Of a stretch of DNA of 64,000 nucleotides, positions 37,575-49,385 are shown one piece after another. The DNA is from Callorhinchus milii (lineage: Eukaryota). Below the pieces are notes generated by a model, which saw nothing but the letters and a program-made list of their open reading frames with translations, did not search any database and was not told where the DNA came from. Made by a program: the position numbers and the translations under genes. Position 1 is the first letter of the stretch. Each line of letters starts with the position of its first letter. The stretch spans positions 90,274,001 to 90,338,000 of the forward strand of contig NW_024704743.1 of assembly GCF_018977255.1 (NCBI RefSeq), written 5' to 3'.

Positions 37575-37892
37575 GTAATGGCACAGTCCAGTGCAGCGCA
37601 TGGCCAAACAGAATAGACAGTCAAAGGTTTGAGTCTGGTCTATGGTGAATCCATTGATTTCAGTATTTTAGTTGCTACAATTGGCATCAGCTTCCCTTCT
37701 TCGCGAAGAAAATAAATCAGCCAGCCTCGTGCTCCTGGTCACTAGCCAAAGATCCCTGCTGTAGGGCATTCTGTGTGAATGTTGAGCTAGGACATGAGCA
37801 GGTGAGGCTGTGATACCTCCCACAGTAGAATAACCTGGTGTCACTCACACTCAAGACATGAAGAACTCCACATGAGCAAGATACGGGATGGT
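37575..37892 (+). repeat. Ancient dispersed repeat (related stretches at about 9330-9530 and 52070-52280)
   Basis: Loosely shared motifs CAGGGTTCCTG/GCTCCTG, GACCCCTGC and GAAGAA..CCACTTGGGCAAGGTAC; family not identified. Confidence 0.5.
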
Positions 37893-37901
37893 AATCATAA
37901 T

Positions 37902-38279
37902 CGTGGAGTCCTATAGCTCAGTGGTAAGAGCACTCGCCTCATAAGCGAGAGACCTGGGTTTGATTCCCGGCAGAGCGAAACATTAGGCAAGTTTCCTTAC
38001 TCCACACACCTCTGTTTACCTAACAGTAAGTAGGAAACCGGTTGTTGGTCGATTGTCGGGTCACTTTTCCTGGGGTAATAATTTCTTTTTTTTTAAAAAA
38101 TCGGTCACTCAATCCACGACTATTTGTGTGACACTGCTGTGTGCAATTGGTCACCACGTTTCGCCCATAAAATATCCAGTCAATTCACTTTACAGTATAT
38201 TCTGTGAAGCAATTTGAGGCATCTTGAAGACACGATAAGGCGCTATATCAAATGCAAGGAATATTATTATTATTATTAT
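37902..38279 (+). mobile_element. tRNA-derived SINE, long subtype, full length
   Basis: Head, middle segment, Deu 3' part and (ATT)n tail all present. Confidence 0.95.
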
Positions 38280-39638
38280 CCAAGGAACCAAACCCCAGGA
38301 AGGAAGAATTGGTGGAGAAAGAAGAGTGCGCACTTTTTTGCGATCACTGATAATGGAAACCAATGGCACTACATTTCCACAGCAGACTGAATTGCTAAAT
38401 TATAATCATCTTTATATAATATAAATTATGATCATAAACAAAAATAAAAATGTCTTTGGTTTAACCCCATATTGGAATTTTATTGGAAACTTTTTTTTGT
38501 GGGAAATTGGAGGTAATTTAACTTTACGAAAAGTAATATGATCCTTCTCACCATCGAATCTTATATCTTGGAGCAGTGAGCTCGAGGACATACATTGTGA
38601 GCTTGTGCATGGTTCATGATGTACTGGAAAGATACTTCACTGTATATTTCTCTACATCGATTGATAGATGCAACACAAAGTAAAGAAAATAATAATAATG
38701 AAGATATTTGTATTAAGGAAATGTAAGCTACACTTCACACAGTGATGCAGTTTGGCAGACATCTGAAGGTCAATGTCAGAGTCATGTCTTCCCTGAATTC
38801 TGGAACTGGCCATCTGGCCGATATGCGTGACCAAATTTACAGCACTGACATGCAGAGACTTTCTGATACATTCTGCTCTGCTATGTAAAGGATTTTCATA
38901 TTCTGGAGATATGATGTGAAATTTGTAAAAATGAAACTCTCAAAACAGGATAATACCTCAATATTAAGCATCCACACTCCTTATGTTAGTTAAAGCCACC
39001 CATTATCATTCTATGCAGTGGAGCAATGCATAAAAAGACAGTAGAACTGAGGAGTGTGAATGTCCTAGATATGGTTTGTAATATGGAACAACACGCACAT
39101 TGCTAATGAATGACGATAATAAGCATTTTAAAAATATAATTATTATTGTCTTATGAGGAAATGCATATGAAATAAAGCAACAACAACAAAATTACATTTA
39201 TAGAGCGCCTTTCACGTCGGGAGGATGTCCCTAAAGCATTCCTTGTCCAGAGCTATGTTTTTAAAACAAATACTAAGATAATTACTTTATTCCAAATAAA
39301 CTTAAAGCATAATAGTATTTTAGTCTGATGTTATAATTAATAATGATAATCCTTGCATTGGATATAGCACCTTATCAAAATCATCTAAACATCTCAAAGC
39401 ACTTCACAGGATTTACTGTAAGCTATAGTGACTGCGCATTTTGTTACAACACTTTCTAATATACCAGTATTTGATCGTATACATTCAGCCGTCCACCCCC
39501 TTCCCCGCTCAAGCAAAGTCAGTTATGTGAAGAGCATTGAGATATCCTCCCGATGTGGAAGGTGTTATATAAATGTAAATTCTCTTCGTTGAAACACACA
39601 ACTTTTATTTCAGTAAACCTCTTGCAACTTACACTTTT

Positions 39639-39912
39639 AAGAACATAAGAACATAAGAATTAGGAGTAGGAGTAGGCCAGTCGGCCCTTCGTGCCTGCTC
39701 CGCCATTCAATAAGATCATGGCTGATCTTCTGACCTAACTCTAATTACCTGCCCTATCCCCATATCCCCTAATCCCTCTATTTTTTAAAAAATCTATCAG
39801 TCTCAGCCCTGAAGATGTTCAAGGACTGAGCATCTACAGCCTTCTGGGGTAGTGAATTCCATAAATTCACTGCCCTCTGAGTGAAGAAATGTTTCCTCAA
39901 CTCTGTTCTAAG
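39639..39912 (-). mobile_element. CR1/HER1 LINE 3' end
   Basis: (CATAAGAA)n tail; closely matches the reverse complement of 1-200. Confidence 0.93.
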
Positions 39913-40164
39913 CAATTTGTTGTCGTCAATATTGGAACTTAGCAAACTTTGCAGGTCAATTGAAAGGAAATATAATTCTTGACAATGTCCATTGGATCAC
40001 TCACTGCAGATAGAATCAGCTGGATCCTTCCCTGAGCCCACAGCACCGATGATTCAGTGCCACTGCACCTGATGAAGGCCATATGCATACAACAAGGGAT
40101 GATCTCCAGTGTTTGAGGAATGAGCAATGAGCAATCATTAGACAGCATCTTCAGTCTTAAGAGA

Positions 40165-40400
40165 AGATGGCTCAGAGGCTCATAGAGATGTATAACATTT
40201 TAAATGGAATTAAAAAAGTAAACTCAGATCAATATTTTAGGATCTACAAAACAAAAGAACAAGAGGACTCAGGTGTAGAGTTGTAAAGGGCAATTTCAGG
40301 TCAGATACCAGGAGGTTTTTCTTTACTCACACAGTAATTAACGACTGGAACAGGTTGCAAGGAAAGGTGGTAGAGGCCAGGGCACTGAGCTGTTCAGATG
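40165..40400 (+). mobile_element. Old CR1 ORF2 C-terminal fragment
   Basis: Encodes LIEMYNILNGI...RTRGL...FFFTHTVINDWNRL-like sequence. Confidence 0.75.
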
Positions 40401-41721
40401 ATGTACACTATGTCCTACAGTGGCACACACCCTGGTGTTGCTCCATTCACTTCAATGGGAATCGGTACTGTCAGACCAGCATGGGGGCTAAACAAAAATA
40501 GTTTAATAGTCCTTTAATAGACTTAAAAGGGTTAAAATATACAAAAATCAAATATTGTGCTCATTTGGAATGAAAATGAATCAATTATAATCGTCATAAG
40601 ACTCTGTATCAAATGCAAGTATTATTATTATAGTATAATATGATTGTATATGATTGCAATATATAATATGATAGTATATGATTGCAAAATTAAATGTTAT
40701 CTTGTACTTCCATTACTCTTTGTAGCAAAAAAAAGTTGGATTTGCTTTATTGCACTAATGGTGCTGTTTCAATTTAGGTCTTAATAGAGGAAATTGCTGA
40801 ATCTACATAGAAATCCCAGGACAATGTCCAGATGTGGTTGGCAGAGAGTGAATTTTCTCACCAACTACTGACAAAAGCATTAGTAATTGTCAGATTGCAT
40901 AATAAAAAGGATCATCAGAGCAGCAGGGCAGATACTAATCTGCGACCAAATATAACCAAAATCCATCTGTTAGTGTGGATTACATGCCAGGCTCAATCCA
41001 AAGCATCCATACTTTCCTCCGAGGTCACTGGTGAATGACTGTGGATTCAACCACTATGAGAGCCGCCCCCATCATGTGAAGGACAATGTACACAGACACA
41101 ATGGGTTTACAACACCCTGCAAAGATGCCACCTAATGAGAAGTTTTTAACTTGCCAAAGGCTGAAATACCAAGACAAATGTGGATTGTTTTTTTTGCTGT
41201 TTTCTCTTAGGTTGTTGCTCTTAATGTGTTCTATTAAATCTGTCATGAAAAGAACTGCAATGCAGCAATTGAACAGCTTTTGCAAATAGTTGTCACCCCG
41301 CTGGGGAGCAATCAGACAGTTTCACATCCCAGCAAAGCCAAGAATAGACTGTTCAGATAAAAACCTGTTACGATTGCGCTATTTTGGCCACCAAGTACAG
41401 TTTTTGCTATATTGAATTTCAGTTTACAATTCAAGGATTCATTTTTATTTCAATTATTTTATCCAAAGGCAAGAGCATAAGAAACACACAATGTGAATTG
41501 TCTATTCCTTCCACAGAGGCTGGAAATCTCAAAATATAGATTCAGATGAAAAAGGCCCTTCAGCCACTTAATATGTTTCCATACTAACGTCTTCCCACCA
41601 CCAGCATTTGTTAGACCACTTTCACATGACCAGATTGTCTCCAGGGTAACTAATAGTGTACAATGTGCTGTTTTCGCAGTATCTGCTCAGACTCGAGTGA
41701 GTCGAATCTCCTATGGTCTCC

Positions 41722-41940
41722 AGGTGTCACTCTGGTTCAGATGGTGGCACTCTCACCTCTGAGTGGTTCAAGTCCCACCTTGGGACTTTGAGATCATTGC
41801 ACTATGACGGTATTCGTAAAGAGAAGGGAATTTCTCCCAGTGTCCTGGCAACAATTCCCCAGATTAAATGTGTCATTCACGTAACTGCTGTGCACAAACA
41901 AGTTCACCTAGAAAGAACAGTTATTACACTTTGCAGTAAT
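41722..41940 (+). mobile_element. Deleted DeuSINE
   Basis: Head GGCACTCTCACCTCTGAG..GGTTCAAGTCCC; GGAATTTCTCCCAGTGTCCTGGC. Confidence 0.7.
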
Positions 41941-42204
41941 TCCTTAAATCATCCATTAAACAATCACGGTGGGGAAATTCTTGTTTGATAAAACATTCTT
42001 ATTAAAAGTTGACATCATCAACGTCATTGCACTCAGGGCAAGTGGTGTTTTCATACCACATACTTAAAATTGTGGATTTTTGACTAGAAAAATATTCGAC
42101 CAATAAATAAATATCCATTTCTCTTGTAGAGATGAAAAAATGGATGTGAGTTTGCAATTAGTGCTCTAAAGTCTTCAAAAATCTGATGATGACAAACCAA
42201 TTAG

Positions 42205-42771
42205 CCTGATTTTAAGATCTTCACCCTCACCTACAAACCCTTCACACTTTTGCACCTCACTAACTCTGATCTTCTCTAACCTTCGTCTTCTGCTCACTTT
42301 TCCACTCGAGAAACTTGAGCCTACTGTAGGTTCCTGCCCTCTCTACCCTAATTTCAGCAGCTGAGCTTTCCACTACTATGCCTCCAACGTCTGGAACTCC
42401 ATCTTTCCTCGGCCTTTCCATCTCACTTCTTCCCAGTTGTTCTTCAAAACTCACCTAAAAATCTACCTATTCAACAATACCTTCAGTCACCTCCCTTGGT
42501 CCCCACGCCCCACTCCATACCTGTGCTGCTCAGTGTCCAGCAGTCAGTCTCTGTAAAGCTGTTCGAGTGATTACTCTACATAAAGGGCCCTATATAAATG
42601 CAAGTTAGTTTTGTTGTCAAGAGATAATATTTCAAATACATTTTTGTCCACATTTTTCATTTTCGCCCACATATATACAGTCAATTAATTTCACAGTATA
42701 TTCTGTGAAGCGCTTTGAGACATCTAGAAGACGTAAAAAGCGCTATATCAAATGCAAGGCTTATTACTATT
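42205..42771 (+). mobile_element. Old L2 3' end (to about 42617) followed by a SINE tail (42660-42771)
   Basis: GATTTTAAGATC, CTGGAACTC and CTATATAAATGCAAG; then TGTGAAGCGCTTTGAGAC...CAAATGCAAGG. Confidence 0.75.
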
Positions 42772-43334
42772 TTAATGGGAGGTAAGAAAACAGGAAAACA
42801 ACTAATTAAATGGAGAAAAAGCTCCAGTTGCAGGACACTGTTATCATTGATTCCATGTATTTTCATGCTGAATCAATGCTTAGTAACATAGCGATGTGTG
42901 ACATAGATGAATTTCCAGGGCTCCTCATGCAATCACCTCCAGGAGGTGCTTTCAGATTGAAAACGATGCACACCAGCTGTAGTATAATTGTAACCAGCGT
43001 GACATCACTGCGAGAGCCTCCCGCTTGCCCTGCTATTAGCACAAAGGATTTATCCAACATTCCCGAGGGCTAGAATATCATATGCATCAACATGACAAGT
43101 CCCCAGTTTAGTGCAAAGATTCCCTTTGGAAAAGATTCCACATTGTCCACTCCATTCAGTGTGTCTGCTCGAGTTGACCTGCTGTGAATAAATGGCATTT
43201 TGGTTTCCTGTAGTATAACTGTGGCACAAAATCTGAGGTACTAATATGATGAGTCAGGTCATCATATTCGTACACATTCACACAACAGTAAGAATATTAT
43301 TCTGGGGCTCCTTTGAATAGGATATTAGTTGTAA

Positions 43335-43560
43335 CTGATATAGTACCTTATCACGTCAAGACGTCTCAGAGATTTATGTAAAGTGTAGTGACTATTATTT
43401 TGTAGAGAAACACAGAAAGAGACAATTTGTGCACAGCAATGTCCCCAAGTAGTCAGGAGGTGATCAATTTTTTCTGGAGGATTGTTGGCCAGGTCACCGA
43501 GAGAAACTTCCTTCTCTTTTCAAATAGTGTCGTGGGATCTTTAACGTCCACCTGAATAAC
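43335..43560 (-). mobile_element. DeuSINE 3' half
   Basis: AATAGTGTCGTGGGATCTTTAACGTCCACCTGA. Confidence 0.8.
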
Positions 43561-43924
43561 TGAATTCAAGTTCCAAAGACAGTCTGTAGACCATGCATCT
43601 TAACTGTTACATTATGGAGCTGCTCAAGTTAAAATGGTTTATAGATAAGATTGCTAAGTAGAGAGTAAGTGGAGCAACTCCCTATTAACTGGATAGTCAT
43701 GAATGATTGGCAGGTCGGGTTCCATGGCTATTTGATGACTGCAACTTGACTCTGTGGCAGTTAAGGACAATTCTAAAACTGACCAGTGGTCTAGACCCTC
43801 TCTACAGTGAAAAATGTGTCTAATTATAGATACACCTCATTCAGTTAATCATAAAATAAGATCCACATGTGCCAGTTTGAGAGCCGTCTGCAGCAGTTTA
43901 GACGTTATGATAATCCTAAATCAA

Positions 43925-44203
43925 TGATCCTTACATTTGATACTGCACCTTTCATGTTGCAAGGGCATCTCAAAGCACTTCACAGGATGTACTATGAAGT
44001 GTGGTGACTGTACTTTGTATGCGAACGAGGCAGCCAATTTGCACACAGCAATGTCTCACAAACAGCCATGAAGTGACTAATCAATCTTATCTGGGGAATT
44101 GTTGGCTGGGGCTTCAGGGAAAAACTCCTTCCACTTTTCGAATAATTCCATGGGCTCTTGCATGTCATCCTAAATAGGCAAAGAGTACCTTGGTTTAACA
44201 TCA
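43925..44203 (-). mobile_element. DeuSINE 3' half
   Basis: GGCAGCCAATTTGCACACAGCAATGTCTCACAAACAGCC. Confidence 0.8.
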
Positions 44204-44634
44204 GTTTAATCTAGTGCACTAGCAAGGTGCAATAGCAAACTCCTACAGTGAGGAAACAGATTCACAAAATCTCACTGAATACTGAGATGCTTAACACATC
44301 AAAGATAGTTCATTAATCTCAGTTGCAGAGCTTCAGATCCTAAAGAGTTCAAATTTGGGATTGGAATAAATGAATTGACTATTATCAATGAATGAATGTC
44401 ACTTTATGCCCTCCATTTTAAAAAAAAAATTGGTATAGAATGATAAAAGGGACTAAACTGAGATGGCTAATGAATGTTCTAATTCATTTATGAATAAATT
44501 AATCTGCTAGGAGGGTGTTTTCAGCAGGTACAGTGTTCAATCATGCATGTCACAATGCTACCAAGAAATAAAATGGGTAATACTATGATGGCCATTCCAC
44601 TGACCTTGATAGTGATTTTATAATGGGATATTCA

Positions 44635-45025
44635 GCAACAACAACAACTTGCATTTATATAGTGCCATCCACGCCGGGTAGCGTCACAGAGTGCTTGATA
44701 ATGGTGGAGCCCAAGGCCAAGCCAGGGGGAGGGGAAAGGTGGCCGTAGGCGGGGTCAAAGAGTAAGGTCTTCAGGTACGACCTGAAGAAGGGGAAGGAGG
44801 GGAGAGGCGAAGGGGCTGAGCGTGGGAGTTCCAAAGTTTCGGGGCGTAGTGGCTGAAAGCACGGCTGCCGATGGTGGAGCGGAGGATTCGGGGGACACGG
44901 AGGAGGCCGGACCCAGTAGAGCGGAGGCAGCGGCTCCTGCTGTGTGGAGAGAGGAGGTTAGAGAAATAGGGGGCTGCCAAGACATGGAGGGATTTAAACA
45001 CTAGAGTGAGGATCTTCTCCAATTA
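44635..45025 (-). mobile_element. L2 3' end
   Basis: Minus [22 protein letters not shown]...[16 protein letters not shown]; (CAA)n tail on the plus strand. Confidence 0.92.
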
Positions 45026-45916
45026 CAGAACCACACGGTCAGTCAGTCAATGCAGAGAATAGGATGGGCTCACCAGCGCAAGTTAGTACATTTTGGGATG
45101 ATCATAGAATGGCTCCTCAGAAGCAAACATTACTATTAGTCATGTGAACAATGCAGCCTCCCCTACAGCACTGTACATCACTGCCCAAGAGTTGCCTGTT
45201 CCAAAGGGAAAGATGTTGCAATTGTAGTTTGCACTGCTCTGCAATAAAATGATTACAGTGTTTAGAAACGGTAACTCATGTGCTATGATAGTACTGACCC
45301 TACATAGAACTGGTTCAAACAAGACAGACTGTTTATATTGTCAGAACCAAACACACCGCTGAAATTATATTGATGAATGAAATTTCATGACATGTGCTTT
45401 CAATATTCTATGGTCACAAATAGCATCCCATTACCGTAACAGTATGATTGAATACAATCGAGTCAGCTAGTAAGAAAACATTTATAGTTGAATATGTATA
45501 CATAAGTGTATACTCTTTGGAGCTCAAGGCCGGAATTAATGGTGATGAACAAGCTAGGAACAAGAAGTTAAGAACTCTATTTGACTTAATACAGTCATTT
45601 TACCATCTGCATGTGCATGTCAATTTGAGGACATCCTAAGTAGTTGAGGTTGTAGCTTCTTTGATATACTGGCTCTACTGTTCACTACTGAAATAAATTA
45701 GAAATTTACACCATAGAAGGAGGCCTTTCGGCCTTCAAGTGTGTACTGGCTCTCAAAAAAGGATACGAGTTATAAAATTGTAGGTAGCAGCAACCTAGAT
45801 TTCAGTAGCTGTGAGTCCACCAGCATAGTAACAGTACTATTATTGGAATTAATGTCTTATAATGTCTTTGAAAAATTGTCTTAGCCACTACATTTCTGCA
45901 TAAGATATAATAATAG

Positions 45917-46285
45917 GGAGTCCTGTAGCTCAGTGGTTAGAGCACTCGCCTTGCAAGCGAGAGACCTGGATTCTATTCCTGGCAGGGCGAAATGTTGGGC
46001 AAGTTTCCTTACTCCACACGCCTCTGTTTACCTAGCAGTAAGTAGGACACCGGTTGTTAGTCGATTGGAGGATTGTTTTTCCGGGGATCATAACCCTTCA
46101 AAAAAAAACCAAGAATAATTTGGTCACTCAATCCACGACTGTTTGTGGGACACTGCTGTATGCAATTGGCTGCCAAGTTTCGCCCACAAATATACAGTTA
46201 ATTCACTTTAAAGTATATTCTGTGAAGCGCTTTGAGACATCTAGAAGACATGAAAAGCGCTATATCAAATGCAAGAATTATTATA
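45917..46285 (+). mobile_element. tRNA-derived SINE, long subtype, full length
   Basis: All modules present. Confidence 0.95.
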
Positions 46286-47385
46286 TTCTCTGCCCCTTCA
46301 ACAAAATAGAAAGCCACATTTTTTCAGAACTTTGAAAGTTGATTTAATGCTCAAAAATAAGTTAAGCTAAACAAAAATCCAAACAAGCTGTTCAACATTG
46401 GCAAGCTCTACAGAACTGCACCCCTTCCTCCTGAATAGCATAATGTGACAACTCTTTCTATCTTCACTGCCTATCTCCTTTAAATTCCCTGTACACTTCA
46501 ATCAAATTTGTCTCCCAGTTACAATCTGGCCTCTAAATGATTTTGTCAAACTCTCCTTCATTCAAGTCATAAAAAACTACAAGCACAAAGGAATAAAAAG
46601 GAACTGGAATAGTGAATGCAGATATCAAGTGTAAGAGCTTATCAAATCTCCGAGTGCAGTGCATGATCAATTAAATCATCTGATCATCTCTATCTGATTA
46701 TGTTAAGACCAGCTGGTGCTGGTGGGCACTTTGATTGAAATGCAAACAGAATCGTGTCAGATGGATAATTACTTTCCAAAAAGAGGGTGCTTTTGCAGGA
46801 TCTGGTGAAAGTACTAGGCAGGACAAGAGATGATATGGAAACAGATGCTGCCACTTTGAAAACCAAAGGAAAATCATTTATAAAGTTAACAGAATAATTG
46901 TGTTAACGTATGAAGCGTTAAACCGTTCCCAAAAAGGTGATTTAAAAAAAGAAAGAAAATAAGTCACTATGTTGTCCTTTTGAAGGATCTCTCTTCTCCA
47001 GTTTTTTTTTACATTGGGGGGATATTAATGTAATGACAGCAAACCCTAATTTGTCCATTGAATTAAAATCTTAAACTCCTAGCTGCTGGCCAGACGGAAG
47101 CAATGTTTCCTTATTAAAGTATTTTGTATTCTTTTGTAGCATCTGATGAAGTGAAGAAAATAATGAAACCAACGTGGTTGCCTAGCCTCTGTAGTCATGC
47201 CTCCTGCATATCGATCACTGGTGCAATTTACTTCTAGCTCTCAGTTTTTAAAACTAATTTTGTCATTAAATTCTTGAATTTTGAAATGATTCTCAATTAT
47301 CTTTCAGAATAATATAGCATTTTATTGCACCTGATCACATCAAAATGTCTCAAAATGTTTTATAGTTATTACGACAGTCATTTGG

Positions 47386-47727
47386 TGTCAGGCTGGCTCA
47401 GTTGGTAGCGTTGCCTCTGAGTCAGAAGGTTTTGGGATTCAAATGCCACATAGTCTAAGTTGATACTCCATTGCAGTGCTCTGTATTGCTTTGTTGGAAG
47501 TGCTGTTCTTCAGATAACAATATCCTGTCTGCCTGTTCAGAAGTCAATGAACCCCCAAAAAATGGTCATTCACTCTGTGGCTGTTTGCTGTGAGCAAATT
47601 AGTTGCCATGTTTACCACAAAATACACATTCACTACACTTTACAGTCAATCCCCTGAAGCACTTTGAGACATTCTCCTGATGTAAAAGGCATTAAATCAA
47701 ATGCAAGGATTGTGATTGGTATTGTTG
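47386..47727 (+). mobile_element. DeuSINE, internally deleted
   Basis: Head TGTCAGGCTGGCTCAGTTGGTAGC..CTCTGAGTCAGAAGG; tail CAAATGCAAGGATT. Confidence 0.8.
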
Positions 47728-48994
47728 TCCCCCATGTTACCCTCCTGCCCTCCGCCCTCCCTAATCCCGAACCCCCACGCTCAAGTGCAAATCCCTGACT
47801 GTCCAGCACCTTGGGACATCCTCCCGACGTGAAATGTAATTTGTCTTGTAATTTTGTATTGTTTTGTGATTATAATAATGGGAATGCAGAAACCACTTTG
47901 CACACAGTAGCCATAAAATGAAAACTGTAATAAACAGTGCTAAAATTTGTTCAGTGTAAGGTCTGACATCAGTGTAGAAGCCACGTTGGAAATCATCAGG
48001 AAATCAGTTTATGGTGTGTTGGCTTTTGGAGCTTTTTCTACTGATTGTGGAATATGATTGTTTCATCCACAAAATTTACAGTCAATTCACTTTACAGTAT
48101 ATTCTGTGAAGTGCTTTGAGACGTCTTGAATATGTGATAAGGTGCTATATCAAATGCAAGGATTATTTATTATTATTTATTTATTTACTAACTTTAATTT
48201 TTAAATGTTAGGAGGAAACAGTCTGTTGAGGTGATAGATATTTTTTCACTCTGAAAGGCACAGATGGGACCAGCCAAATCTTCATAAGGGTTTGCGAGGA
48301 CCAGAAACAGCTTGTCTTAATCAAATGTTCAAAATCCATGGGAGATCAGATTCTGAGCTAGATTTAATACGGTTCAATGCTCACCTCTACCTTCGTACAT
48401 CTCAATATGACAGCAGGTGTATACTAATAATACTTGTGCCTAATATAGCATCTGATCATTCTGAAATGTCTCGAAGCACTTCACACCTCCAACGACGCAG
48501 CACTCCCTCAGCAGTGCACTCGAGTCTCGACCTCAACTATGACCTGAAGTCCAGTGTGAAGTCATTCCCACAATCCCTGACCTAGACACTAGAGTGTTAC
48601 TAACTGAGTTAGACTAAAATGTGTGTATATCTTACATTGGTTACTAAAATAGGGATGTTTGTTCTAGGTTTATACAAATCTAAGCTTGGCATTCACGCCA
48701 AAAGGACTTAAGGTTCAAGCCCCACATTGGGATTTGAGTTCATAGCAATAGACTCGAGTTACTTTGTAGGAGATGCCAATTTCAAACAAGATGTTAAACC
48801 AAGGTGCTGTTTGCTTAAGTGGTCAGGTTTGTGCAGTTACAGGATAGGAATCTAACAGATGATAATAGAAACTCCCCATGGTTATTGGTAACTCAACAAG
48901 CTGCTTTCCTTATTAAATGGACCAGAAGTTAATACATTTATCCTCAATCTCTTTCCTTGAAGCACTTCATCCTAACTACTTATATTAATGAATA

Positions 48995-49385
48995 ACCCTT
49001 GCATTTGATATAGCATCTATTATGCTGAAACTTCTCAAGCTGATTCATGGGTTATCCAGTGTAGTGACTATATATTTCTGGTCAAACACAGCAGACAATT
49101 TCCATCCAGAAATATCCCACAAACAGTTACGAAGTGAATAATCAATTTATATGGAGGATTCTTGCTCAGAACGAGAAGAAACTTATTTTTTCAAATAGTA
49201 CCAAAGGATCTTTAACATCCACCTGAACAGGCAGACAGTCTTTGGTTTATTGTCTCACCTGAAGGATAGCACCTCTGACAAATGCAGCAGTTCACGAGGA
49301 CTATATCAGAGTGAAGACCCAACATGGGGCTTGAACCCACCAATTTTCTGACTCCGGTGAAAATGCTACCAACTGAGCCAAGATT
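48995..49385 (-). mobile_element. DeuSINE, near full length
   Basis: GGATCTTTAACATCCACCTGAACAGGCAGAC; head CTTGAACCCAC...GCTACCAACTGAGCCA. Confidence 0.85.

Noticed and set aside
40630..40690. AT-rich tandem duplication of about 28 bp
   Set aside because: Ordinary low-complexity slippage.
47800..47822. REST/RE1-like CCAGCACCTTGGGACA (also at about 56132; half-sites at about 1511 and 5972)
   Set aside because: Wrong spacing or missing GGACAG half-site; the first two are part of a retroelement tail.
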